DNA of 64,000 nt, from assembly GCA_964016885.1 (NCBI GenBank), contig OZ024764.1, forward strand, positions 27,094,001-27,158,000, given 5' to 3'. This stretch comes from Eledone cirrhosa. Taxonomy: Eukaryota. The position numbers were made by a program, and so were the translations under genes. The notes below the pieces were generated by a model. It saw only the letters and a list, made by a program, of their open reading frames with translations. It was not told the origin of the DNA and did no database searches. How positions within the stretch are numbered: position 1 is the first letter of the stretch; every line of letters starts with the position of its first letter. Positions 51,743-64,000 of this stretch are shown here, piece after piece.

Positions 51743-54241
51743 AACAGAAGTATTACGGGTATGGAAAAAATTCTAAATAAGCCTACAACAGTCATTGCGG
51801 GCCACTCTGACTGGTCAGGTGGGCTCGATTGTGGCCCGCGGGCCGCCTGTTGCACGCCCCTCCTTTAGACAGAATATCTATCACTGTTAAGTAATACTGT
51901 GATCTGTCGGCTAACTACATTTTCCAGCCTGTGGCGTTTGGGGGAGTCGGGATACTGACTGCGAGATTCCTATCTTCACTGGCGGCTAGCCTGACGAAGG
52001 TGACTGGTGAAGCTCGTGAGGGCACTTGGTTGTTCCAGCTCCTCAGCCTCGCCATCGCCCGAGGTAACGCTGCAGACGTGCTGGCTTGCCTAAAAAATCA
52101 TTAGAGAGGTTTCCCAGTGCTCCTCGCGATACTGTTATCTTTTGCTCTAGTAGCAGCTCGTTTGTCCACCCCTTTCGCCTGCCTTTGGTTGTATGTCGTC
52201 CTAGATGTGTGTATTACCTGCTTGTGTGTTGTATGTGGTCCTAGATGTGTGTATTACCTGCTTATGTGGTCCTAGATGTATGTATTACCTGCTGGTGTGT
52301 TGTATGTGGTCCCAGATGTGTGGATTACCTGTTTTTGTGTTGTATGTGGTCCCAAATGTGTGTGCTACCCGCTTCTGTGATTTGTTGTTTCTTCTTTCTC
52401 TCTTCCGAGAAACAATCCTGTATTTTTTTAATCTATTCCATGCGTTAAGTAATTAGCAGCAACAACAAACTGATTTTCAGTTGTAAAAAGAATCTTTAAA
52501 CCTTCACCATTTACATTAACACATACCATACGTTGTCCCAGCCACAAATAAACAGTAAAAAAAACTTACTTTGCGGTTAAATTCTTCACAATTAAAAGAA
52601 AAATATTTCTAACACGTTTCTAGACAACACCAAGTTACACCGGTAAAAGTAAAAACAAATTCTGGAGACATTTAACGAAACGAAACTATGTAAAGAAAAA
52701 CGAAAATTAAACGAAGACAAATAGTAAATTTTAATTTTTATTAAATAAAATACCAGTAATTCACTGCAGTAGATTTAATCAACTTTACTCTCTCTGCACG
52801 AAAGAAGAAAAAAATTCCTGACTTAGTGCTTAATATATAGAGAGGGGGAGAGTTTGGTGTTACTTCATATAGAGAGGGGTATTGGAAGAGAGTGCCGTGT
52901 AGTAGATATAGAGAGGGAGAGAGTGTGTGCTAATTGATATAAAGAGGGGGATTTGCACCCCCCCCCCCCCGCCTAGAAAAATTCTGAAATGCTTCGACCT
53001 CCCTGTACATATATATATATATATAGTATACACACACAGACATATATATAGTAAATAAATGTGTGTGTGTATCAGTGGTCCCCAAACTTTTCTGTTCCAC
53101 ACCCCTCCTCTAAAATATGTTTATGTTCCCCTTTAATATAAAAACAATCCGAGTATTCTGAAAGTATTATTACTGTAATATAAAGTAGAAACCCTTTATT
53201 TAAACAAAGCTACGATGCAGCGATGATCAAAACAAACTTCTCGTAGGTGCTGCCAAGCGGGGAAAAGTGGATGTATAATGATGATGATATATATATATAT
53301 GCCCCACCCTTGCAAACAGGGAAAAGCAGACGTAAAATGAAAATGATATATATATAGATAGATAGATATGTATATATATATATTTATACTTATACGTCAT
53401 GGTGGCTACAGGTGCCAAGAGGAAGAAGCCGGTCAAATCCTCTGATATTTGTTTATCTTCCTTTCCTTTGTATATATATATATAGTATGTGTGTGTGTAT
53501 GAAGATGTATGACCCCTAGCAAGCCAAACTACAGTTACTCCCCAACATGGAGAGCAAATTAAAACATTACCTGTTAGAGACGAACGTGAAATGATTTGTT
53601 AGTGAACTACCGGTGTCACAGTAATTATGTTACCGGTGTAACTATTTCTGTTTACCTTATTTTTAAATGACACTCCTATATTAGTTTAGTGACCTTTCAA
53701 TTCAAATAAATTCTTGATGATGATTGAACTCGCATCGGAGTAGCCCAACGCCTTGGCCTCCGCGTGTGTGAGCCACATAAATGCTCTCAACGACATAGTG
53801 AGAAGAAGCCTGGACGCAGCTGAATTTCCATCTCAACTGGAGTCAGCAGGCTTAGGCCGCGGAGATGGCAAGCACCCCGAGGGAATCACCCTCTTCCCAT
53901 TCGAAGGAGGTAGATCCACAAACCCCAGCATCGCTGCCCGTCTCGCAGATGAACATAAAATAAACAAATTCCGGTGTTTGTCCTGGAGCCTCTTCTAAGC
54001 ACCAGCCGCCGTCGAGACCCCGGGCCAACTTGGACCCATTACAGCCGAGCTCCTCCGCAACATCGCAGTGTCTGTGGCCCGTCTGAGAATGGAGTCCCAC
54101 GAGGTTGGATGCCTGTTGCAGCAGGTGTTACTGTCCTTACATATATATACGTAAATGTTCCCTTGACTGCTATTTCTAGCATATATTAATAGACACTTTA
54201 GAAACAGCAGCTAAAAATCAAGAAACAACAGTGTGTGTCTG

Positions 54242-54282
<41 letters not shown>

Positions 54283-54362
54283 CAGCCAAAGACACGCACA
54301 CACGAACATACACATACACACAGGTGTATGTCTGCGTGTATGTATATATATGTGTGTGTCTT

Positions 54363-54436
<74 letters not shown>

Positions 54437-54682
54437 GTCAGTGATCCCCCTCGCAACCTTTAATTAAACAAACCTGCGATGAGGCGATGATCAAAATAAA
54501 CACCAAAGTATAAACAAACAGCCCATAGGTGCTGCCGGATACACGATAACATGTGTAGACGAAGTAAAACTTTTATTACTGTAATATAAAGTAGAAACCC
54601 TTTATTTAAACAAAGCTGCGATGCAGCGATGATCAAAACAAACTTCAAATAACATGTGTATACGAAGTGTATCTGGAAGCTT

Positions 54683-55633
54683 GGTCGTATTATATGACTT
54701 TCAAATTGACCCCTATTATATTCAAATTATCCCCTGTGGGGCGTGCACCCCACGTTGAGAATCCCTCATAAATAAATATATGTGAGTGTGTTGCTATGAC
54801 TGCTATTTCTAGCAGGTTTACTGTAGTCCTGTAGACGCACAACAAAAACCGGAAGTGGCAGCCATTAAAAAACTTTGGCTTAAAATCAGGCAAAAGTTTT
54901 TTAACAATTTGCCAAGAAAGATAACTCTTGTCTTACTTAATCGCAAAAATCGAGGCAAAAATTTTGTGGGTGTACAGTTTGTTTGGTGTATTTGACTGCT
55001 ATTTCTAGCATGTATGGACACTTTAGAAATAGCAGCGAAAAACGGAAAACAGCAGAAAGAAGGACACACACCTATATATATATATATATATACCAGCTAT
55101 ACACTCACCCATACATATATATATATACCAGCTATACACACACCCATATCTACGTATAGGTGTGTGTGCGCGCGTGTATGTATATATAAATATATATATT
55201 TAAATGTATATATCTGTGCATATATATATGTATATATATATACGTGTGTGTCCTTCTTTCTTATGTTTCCCGTGTTTCGCTGCTATTTCTAAAGTGTCCA
55301 TATATGCTAGAAATAGCAGTCAAATACACCAAACAAACTGCACACCCGCAAAATTTTTTGCCTCGATTTTTGCGATTAAGTAAGACAAGAGTTATCTTTC
55401 TTGGCAAATTGTTAAAAAACTTTTGCCTGATTTTAAGCCAAAGTTTTATAATGGCTTCCACTTCCGGTTTTTGTTGTGCGTCTACAGGACTGCAGTAAAC
55501 CTGCTAGAAATAGCAGTCATAGCAACACACTCACATATATTTATTTATGAGGGATTCTCAACGTGGGGTGCACGCCCCACAGGGGATAATTTGAATATAA
55601 TAGGGGTCAATTTGAAAGTCATATAATACGACC
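54683..55633. repeat. Long inverted repeat, second copy (arms 54683-55040 and 55275-55633, ~234-bp spacer)
   Basis: The arms are reverse complements with a few mismatches; mirrored frames at 54690-54893 minus and 55423-55626 plus. Confidence 0.92.
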
Positions 55634-57831
55634 CAACTCCCTGTTACACTTCGTATACACATGTTATCGTGTATCTGGCAGCACCTGCGAGAAGTTTGTT
55701 TACATTTTGGGGTTTGCTTTGATGATCGCTGCATCTCAGCTTTGTTTAAATAAAGGGTTTCTACTTTATATTACAGTAATAACACTTTTACAAGACTCGG
55801 ATTGTTTTTATATTAAAGGGGGACATGTTTTTTAAACTCTGAACTCAGCATCTTTCTGTTGTTCTCCGGGATTCTAGCAAAGTATAAAAAAAAATATATA
55901 TATATAGATATATATATATATATCTGGCAGTCAACCTCAGACTCGAAAAAGCCGCCGCTAATCGTGATCGTTGGGGTTATAATTCGACTAAAGTGCTTCC
56001 ACTGGGCACCATTAGCTGGTTGTGATTATTGGAGAATTCTTTCTGCGCTGAAAGAGCCTAGGACTAAAAGATATATATATAGATGTCGAAACGGCAGTAG
56101 CACAGCCGTTGGGGTCCTGAATATTTTCACATCTATATATGTGTGTGTATTCTGCGACATTTATAATTACATAAGCAAGCATATTTGAATAACAAAATTT
56201 GAGGTTTAAATACTTTATTTTTTACCAATAACACAGAGAAAGGCATGAACAACACCACATGTTAATTACTTTAATATTGAAAGTAGGCTTATAAATATTA
56301 AAAAAGCAGATGTTTGTATCTTTCATGGTGGTCTGGTGGGTGATACCAGAGATGGTGGTAGTCATGGTTTACATATAAGGTCTCATTTTTCTTTCTTTCA
56401 GTTTTCTTCTTATCTCTAGATATAAATATATATACATAAGGTAATTTGGTAGAATTGTTAGAACATCAGATAGAATTCTTTGCAGTATTTTTCCAGTTCT
56501 TTACTCTGAGTTCAACTTTACCTTTCTTCCATTCGGTGTCGATAAGTCTTGAATATGTCTAACGTAGCAATAACTGGAGCTACTTAACCAAGTTTTCCCA
56601 ACCTAGTCGATGTCACCTACTGGTTGGCGATTTAAACTGTTGGCTGGGACAATGACCAACTAATCAGTCAGATTCCAACTCACTATGTCTGGCATATATT
56701 TTATATTTTATATTTGAATGAAGTTCTGTAAGTAACCTGGTGGCTTAGATGGCAATACTGCTCGAATAGATGGCTTCTATTATGAAGTTATAAGTTCATT
56801 CCCTATCCAGGATTGTAGAATTAATTTTATTTAGTTATTATTTAATCAATTGTTTTAACAAACAAATTATATCTATAAAACGCCAAATATAGTGAGTTCA
56901 AATCTGACTGACATGCATGGTATATATTTATGTTTCATTATACAGCGACACAATACACAGGAACTTATAAAGATATGTATATATTGTCCAGGAGTTTCGA
57001 GTTTAGTGGGAATTGGTACAACTCTCAATTGGAGCTAGTCCCTGCAAGATCAGCATAAATAATGTTATACCTTTTCATGAAATCTTGCACACCCGATATT
57101 TTATACATGATTATTTAAAGGTGAACAAAAACCAAAGAACATTGTGCAGCATTTCTCAACCTTTCTACCCATGTCGATCTCTTGAAATAGTTTTTATGTC
57201 TCAGGGAAGCCCTGCATAAAATATACTTTTTCTATCTCTAGAGCAGTGGTTCCCAAATCGTGTGCTGCGAGATGAAACAAGATGAGCTGCAAAAGACTAA
57301 GATTAAGTTTTAAGATGTGAAAAATATAAAACTGAAATTTCATATAAAAGTTCAAATATAGCTACAGCCACAAACCTAGGCTCCACACCCCGCAATGCAG
57401 AGGATAGTAAGATAGTACCAAGGCCTGACTCACCTCTTCCACTCCATTGAGACCTCTGCCATACTTGGTCCCTGTACTGCTGATTTCCTCCATAAAGTCG
57501 GGAGGAAAGACAACAGGAGCCTCATGAGGAGGGGCAACTATTGTAGCAGGTGTCTCTGGCCTTGTTCCGAGGTAACGCTTTTACGTTTCTTCCACAGGTT
57601 GCGGCTGAGGGACCACTTAGACTGGGGTGAAGTGTCTGTCCCTCCCCCGACTTCTTACTTCTTTTTTTTTCTCATTTTCATTTTCTTTTCTCTTCTTGCT
57701 TATCTCTGCTATACCACGGCATCAAAAACATATATAATATGTGTATGTATGGTATAGGTGTATTTATATTTAGGATAGTTATCAAAGGTAAATAGACTGG
57801 TTGGAGCAATAACAGTCTTGTTTATGTATAT

Positions 57832-57894
<63 letters not shown>

Positions 57895-58267
57895 TGTTCT
57901 TGTATTTCCATAGAAAAGGTAAAGAAAAGAAGAATGCTATATATATTGTACAGAGCTATTTAATTACATAATAAACAACAGAATATAATTATTCCATGCA
58001 AATAGACTTAGACTGGAAAACATTCAGACAGAGAAGAATGGATAATGAGCGTCGTAAGAGAAATTGCCAACAATTAATATTAATGGAAATGTAGAAGAAT
58101 TTCATATTAGTGATATGAATGTTTCGTGTGATCACTGTGGAGCTTTGAAATTTAGAAATGAAAATTGTAACTGTTGTAATAAAGGAAAGGTTATGTTGCC
58201 ACCATTGCAAATATACCCTGAGAGACTGAGAAATCTCTTTGAAAGAGATTTCTCAGTCTCTCAGGGT

Positions 58268-58978
58268 ATATATTCCCGCCGGTGAAATAAAAATTTTAAT
58301 AGAAAAACGGCGGGAATATATGTTACAACCCAACCTACATATTTTTGGGTTGTAACATATATTCCCGCCGTTGAAATAAATATTTTAATAGAAAAACGGC
58401 GGGAATATATGTTACAACCCAATCTATATATATTTGAGTTGTAACATATATTCCCGCCGTTGAAATAAAAATTTTAATAGAAAAACGGCGGGAATATATG
58501 TTACAACGCAATCTATATATATTTGGGTTGTAACATATATTCCCGCCGTTGAAATAAAAATTTTAATAGAAAAACGGCGGGAATATATGTTACAACCCAA
58601 ATATATGTAGATTGGGTTGTAACATATATTCCCGCCGTTTTTCTATTAAAATTTTTATTTCGACGGCGGGAATATATGTTACAACCCAAATATATATAGA
58701 TTGCGTTGTAACATATATTCCCGCCGTTTTTCTATTAAAATTTTTATTTCAACGGCGGGAATATATGTTACAACCCAAATATATGTACATTGGATTGTAA
58801 CATATATTCCCGCCGTTTTTCTATTCAAATTTTTATTTCAACGGCGGGAATATATGTTACAACTCAAATATATATAGATTGGGTTGTAACATATATTCCC
58901 GCCGTTTTTCTATTAAAATTTTTATTTCACCGGCGGGAATATGTTACAACCCAAATATATATATATTGAGTTGTAACA
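58268..58978. repeat. 89-bp double-hairpin array, 8 units (4 forward + 4 reverse), ~700-bp palindrome centred near 58606
   Basis: Forward starts at 58268, 58357, 58446 and 58535; reverse starts at 58624, 58713, 58802 and 58891. Confidence 0.95.
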
Positions 58979-60564
58979 TGGGTTACATATAAGGTCTCAT
59001 TTTTTTTCTTTTCTTTCTTTCAGTTTTCTTCTTATCTCTAGATATAAATATATATACATGAGGTAACTTGGTAGAATTGTTAGAACATCAGATAGAATTC
59101 TTTGCAGTATTTTTCCAGTTCTTTACTCTGAGTTCAACTTTACCTTTCTTCCATTCAGTGTCGATAAGTCTTGAATATGTCTAACGTAGCAATAACTGGA
59201 GCTACTTAACCAAGTTTTCCCAACCTAGTCGATGTCACCTACTGGTTGGCGATTTAAACTGTTGGCTGGGACAATGACCAACTAATCAGTCAGATTCGAA
59301 CTCACTATGTCTGGCATATATTTTATATTTTATATTTGAATGAAGTTCTGTAAGTAACCTGGTGGCTTAGATGGCAATACTGCTCGAATAGATGGCTTCT
59401 ATTATGCAGTTATAAGTTCATTCCCTATCCAGGATTGTAGAATTAATTTTATTTAGTTATTATTTAATCAATTGTTTTAACAAACAAATTATATCTATAA
59501 AACGCCAAATATAGTGAGTTCAAATCTGACTGACATGCATGGTATATATTTATGTTTCATTATACAGCGACACAATACACAGGAACTTATAAAGATATGT
59601 ATATATTGTCCAGGAGTTTCGAGTTTAGTGGGAATTGGTACAACTCTCAATTGGAGCTAGTCCCTGCAAGATCAGCATAAATAATGTTATACCTTTTCAT
59701 GAAATCTTGCACACCCGATATTTTATACATGATTATTTAAAGGTGAACAAAAACCAAAGAACATTGTGCAGCATTTCTCAACCTTTCTACCCATGTCGAT
59801 CTCTTGAAATAGTTTTTATGTCTCAGGGAAGCCCTGCATAAAATATACTTTTTCTATCTCTAGAGCAGTGGTTCCCGAATCGTGTGCTGCGAGATGAAAC
59901 AAGATGAGCTGCAAAAGACTAAGATTAAGTTTTATGATGTGAAAAATGTAAAGCTGAAATTTCATATAAAAGTTCAAATATAGCTACAGCCACAAACCTA
60001 GGCTCCACACCCCGCAATGCAGAGGATAGTAAGATAGTACCAAGGCCTGACTCACCTCTTCCACTCCATTGAGACCTCTGCCATACTTGGTCCCTGTACT
60101 GCTGATTTCCTCCATAAAGTCGGGAGGAAAGATGACAGGAGCCTCATGAGGAGGGGCGACTATTGTAGCAGGTGTCTCTGGCCTTGCTCCGAGGTAACGC
60201 TTTTACGTTTCTTCCACAGGTTGCGGCTGAGGGACCACTTAGACTGGGGTGAAGTGTCTGTCCCTCCCCCGACTTCTTACTTCTTTTTTTTTCTCCTTTT
60301 CATTTTCTTTTCTCTTCTTGCTTATCTCTGCTATACCACGGCATCAAAAACATATATGATATATGTATGTATGGTATAGGTGTATTTATATTTAGGATAG
60401 TTATCAAAGGTAAATAGACTGGTTGGAGCAATAACAGTCTTGTTTATGTATATACATATATATATATATTTATATGTTTGTTCTTGTATTTCCATAGAAA
60501 AGGTAAAGAAAAGAAGAGTGCTCTATGTATTGTACAGAGCTATTTAATTACATAATAAACAACA

Positions 60565-61309
60565 GAATGGAAAACATTCAGACAGAGAAGAATGGATAAT
60601 GAGCGTTGTAAGAGAAATTGGCCAACAATTAATATTAATGGAAATGTAGAAGAATTTCATATTAGTGATATGAATGTTTCGTGTGATCACTGTGGAGCTT
60701 TGAAATTTAGAAATGAAAATTGTAACTGTTGTAATAAAGGAAAGGTTGTGTTGCCACCATTGCAAATATACCCTGAGAGACTGAGAAATCTCTTTGAAAG
60801 AGGCCAGGAAGCAGTTGATTTCACAGAAACATCTGCAATTAAAACTACATTTATTTCACTTCATTTGGTGTTACCACCCGGCAGAGGCCCGTATAGCTTT
60901 CATATTCAGGGTCAAACATATCACTACACCCCCATCTCTGTAACCTGCAGAAAATACACCACAATATGGCCAGTTATATATTATTGATGGGAACGAAGGT
61001 ATGTAGCACAGATTGGAAGTACGTCCAAATAATTGTTTCTAGCACAAGGCCAGCAATTACTGGTACTTTATTCTATCGACCTAATAAGGATGAAAACAAA
61101 GTCAACCTTGGAGGGATTTGAACCCAGAACGTAAAGGGACATAACCCTATGCTGTAAAGCATGGTGTCTGGCGCTCTACCGATACTGCCAATCCACTGCC
61201 CTAGTACCAACAAATAATGACTGCTCACCACAAAAAATGGCTATGATAAGAGAAGTGTTGCATGAATGTAATTCATATGTCGAAGTGTACAATACAATGC
61301 ATGGCATCA
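60565..61309 (+). pseudogene. Helitron relic copy 4, 5' part (interrupted at the same TCA)
   Basis: Ends ATGCATGGCATCA at 61309, followed by CAAATGAATAT as at 46689. Confidence 0.9.
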
Positions 61310-61313
61310 CAAA

Positions 61314-61348
<35 letters not shown>

Positions 61349-62520
61349 TACTAAAGAGTATGTAAAATTTTAAAATAAATACTTAAATTCAATTTGTATA
61401 ATTACACATACAATATGTTTTGTTGTAAAACCCTAAATAATGATTTAAGAAATGATGTCAATCTCTTTGTACAGAGAAAAACAATTTATATATATGCATT
61501 GTGTGCGCGTGTATACTCCATTTAAGACAGTGAAAAACCTAGTACCTCCTTCAAAGAATGCCAAATAGTTTATGCCTAAGGTGTAACACTAATTAAGTTA
61601 CCGGTGTAGATATTTCAGTTGAACCCTGCTTCAAACATGCATATTATTATTATATATTTTCAAACACACTTACATACATTATATTTATACACATAGAAAT
61701 AATAAGTTAAAACTAAAGTATAATGATATAACAACAGTATATAATAGTTTTCTTCACTTTATTGAAATGCAATCGTTTTAAAGAAAAAACATGACAGTAT
61801 AAGAAATATTTAATATGATAACATAATATTTCAGGTAGGATGGTCGTTTCTCTATGATGGTGGTTTCTCTTTGAACTAATAATTGTTTCTATTTTAGGCA
61901 CAAGGTCAGTAATTAACCAGTACATTACTGGTACTTTATTTTATCGACCCCGTAAGGATGAAAGGCAAAGTTGACCTCGGATCGTAAAGGGACGTAACTA
62001 TGCTGGAAAGCATGGCGTCAGACCCTCTACCGATACTGCCAATTCACCATACAGTATAATTATACAAATATGCATATAGATAGCAATATATATACACTAA
62101 TATGTATGTACATATTTACACATATGTACATATATATAGGGAGAGAGAGAGACACATGTATGTATATATATATACACATGCGTGTATGCATGTGTGTTTA
62201 TGTACATTCTTCGGTATATATATCGGTATACACATTGGAGACACAGAGAGAGAGAGTTGAAACGAGAGGTGAGAGAGTTGAAACAAGAGAGGAGATGGTT
62301 GAAACACGAGGAGAGAGAGAGAGTTGAAACGAGAGGAGAGAGAGTGAGTTGAAACGAGGAGAGAGTTGAAACAAGAGGGTGAGGGGAGAGAGGAAGAGAG
62401 AGAGAGAGAGGAAGAGAGAGAGAGGGGATGAGAGAGAGGAATAGAGATAGAGGGGAAGAGAGAGAGGGGGAGAGAAGGGGATGAAACAACAGAGAGAGGG
62501 GAGAGAAAGAGAGAGGGGAT

Positions 62521-62555
<35 letters not shown>

Positions 62556-62819
62556 ATTGAATCAAGAGAGAGATGAAACAAGTGAGGGATTAGAGAGAGA
62601 TGAAACAAGTGAGGGATTAGAGTGTTGAAACAAGAGAGAGAGAGCGAGATGAAATGAGAGAAAGAGAGTGAGATGAAATGAGAGAGTGGGAGCGAGATGA
62701 AACGAGACAGGGAGAGCGAGATGAAATGAGAGAGTTAGAGTGAGATGAAACGAGAGAGTGAGAGCGAGATGAAACGAGAGACAGAGAGAGCGAGATGACA
62801 CGAGACAGAGAGCGAGATG

Positions 62820-62858
<39 letters not shown>

Positions 62859-64000
62859 GAAACGAGAGAGAGAGTGCGAGATGAAACGAGAGTGAGAGAG
62901 CGAGATGAAACGAGAGAGTGAGAGCGAGATGAAATGAGAGAGAGAGAGAACGAGATGAAATGAGAGAGAGAGAGAGCGAGATGAAATGAGACATAGAGAG
63001 ATGAAACGAGAGAGAGATGAAACGAGAAAGAGAGGAAACGAGAGAGAGGAAACGTGAGTAGAGAGCGAGATGAAACAGGAGAGAGAGAGCGAGATGAAAC
63101 GAGAGGGAGAGAGAGATGAAACGAGAGCGAGAGAGAGATAGAGGGAAATGAAACGTCAGAGAGAGAGACAGATGAAACGAGGGATATAGAGATGAAACGA
63201 GAGAGAGAGATGAAACGAGAGAGAGGAAGAGAGAGATAGAACGAGAGAGAGGAAGAGAGAGATGAAACGAGAGAGAAGAAGACAGAGGTGAAACGAGAGA
63301 GAGAGCGAGATGAAACGAGAGAGAGAGCGAGATGAAACGAGAGAGAGGAAGAGAGAGAGCGAGAGATGAAACTCTGTCATGGACATATCTGACCCTGGGG
63401 CTAATAATTGTCATGTAATGTTATGGACATCTCTGCCCCTGTGGCTAATAATTCTGTCATGTAATGTTATGGACATCTCTGCCCCTGTGGCTAATAATTC
63501 TGTCATGTAATGTTATGGAAATCTCTGCCCCTGTGGCTAATAATTCTGACATGTAATGTTATGGAATCTCTGCCCCTGTGGCTAATAAATCTGTCATTTG
63601 ATGTTACGGACATCTCTGCCCCTGTGGCTAATAAATCTGTCATGTAATGTTATGGACATCTCTGCCCCTGTGGCTAATAATTCTGACATGTAATGTTATG
63701 GACATCTCTGCCCCTGTAGCTAATAATTCTGACATGTAATGTTATGGACATCTCTGCCCCTGTGGCTAATAAATTCGTCATGTAATGTTATGGACATCTC
63801 TGCCCCTGTGGCTAATAAATCTGTCATGTAATGTTATGGACATCTCTGCCCCTGTGGGTGGCTAATAATTCTGACATGTAATGTTATGGACATCTCTGCC
63901 CCTGTGGCTAATAATTCTGACATGTAATGTTATGGACATCTCTGCCCCTGTGGCTAATAATTCTGAGAGAGATGAAACAAGTGAGGGATTAGAGAGAGAT
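61310..64000 (+). repeat. Second copy of the satellite-bearing insertion, continuing into a new tandem super-unit
   Basis: Leader with a SINE (~61890-62050), GA tract ~62237-63371 and 46-bp array 63377-63965. It then reads TTCTG-AGAGAGATGAAACAAGTGAGGGATTAG, the same junction as at 1530, 3017, 4383 and 6499. Confidence 0.92.

Larger units (their letters stand above)
34050..64000 (+). repeat. Head-to-tail ~15-kb segmental duplication (34050-49313 vs 49314-64000)
   Basis: Colinear near-identical landmarks: 35312/50577, 37076/52205, 38646/53753, 39419/54460, 40801/55423, 42405/57013, 45479/60146, 46689/61310. Confidence 0.93.

Noticed and set aside
32732-55626. 67-aa ORF (M(P/A)DFKPKFF...) present five times
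   Set aside because: It lies within inverted-repeat arms, starts at TTG and has no recognisable domain; its conservation reflects recent duplication.

Overview
This is eukaryotic (animal) repeat-rich, gene-free DNA. The SINE family and the microsatellite density suggest an octopus or other cephalopod genome, but that is recognition from memory, not a database result. Bases 1-22960 are a two-component hierarchical satellite: GA-rich blocks of about 0.5-1.7 kb (GAGATGAAAC + (GA)n variants) alternate with short arrays of a 46-bp monomer. It has a ~4.97-kb higher-order period and a ~14.9-kb inverted segment (7855-22732). Bases 22960-64000 are a mosaic macro-repeat (periods ~9.3 kb, then ~15 kb). 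It is built from a dead, internally deleted Helitron Rep/Pif1 relic, tRNA-derived SINEs, three different CRE-type retrotransposon tails, one RTE LINE, hAT and piggyBac-type MITE remnants, 55-bp and 40-bp minisatellites, long inverted repeats and an 89-bp double-hairpin palindromic array. The most informative feature is a single satellite super-unit inserted into the Helitron relic with a TCA duplication (46689-49313). Its sister copy (61310-64000) runs on into a new tandem unit, which looks like a snapshot of satellite birth. No intact protein-coding gene, RNA gene or CRISPR array is supported; the long S/L/R/E-rich ORFs are repeat artefacts.
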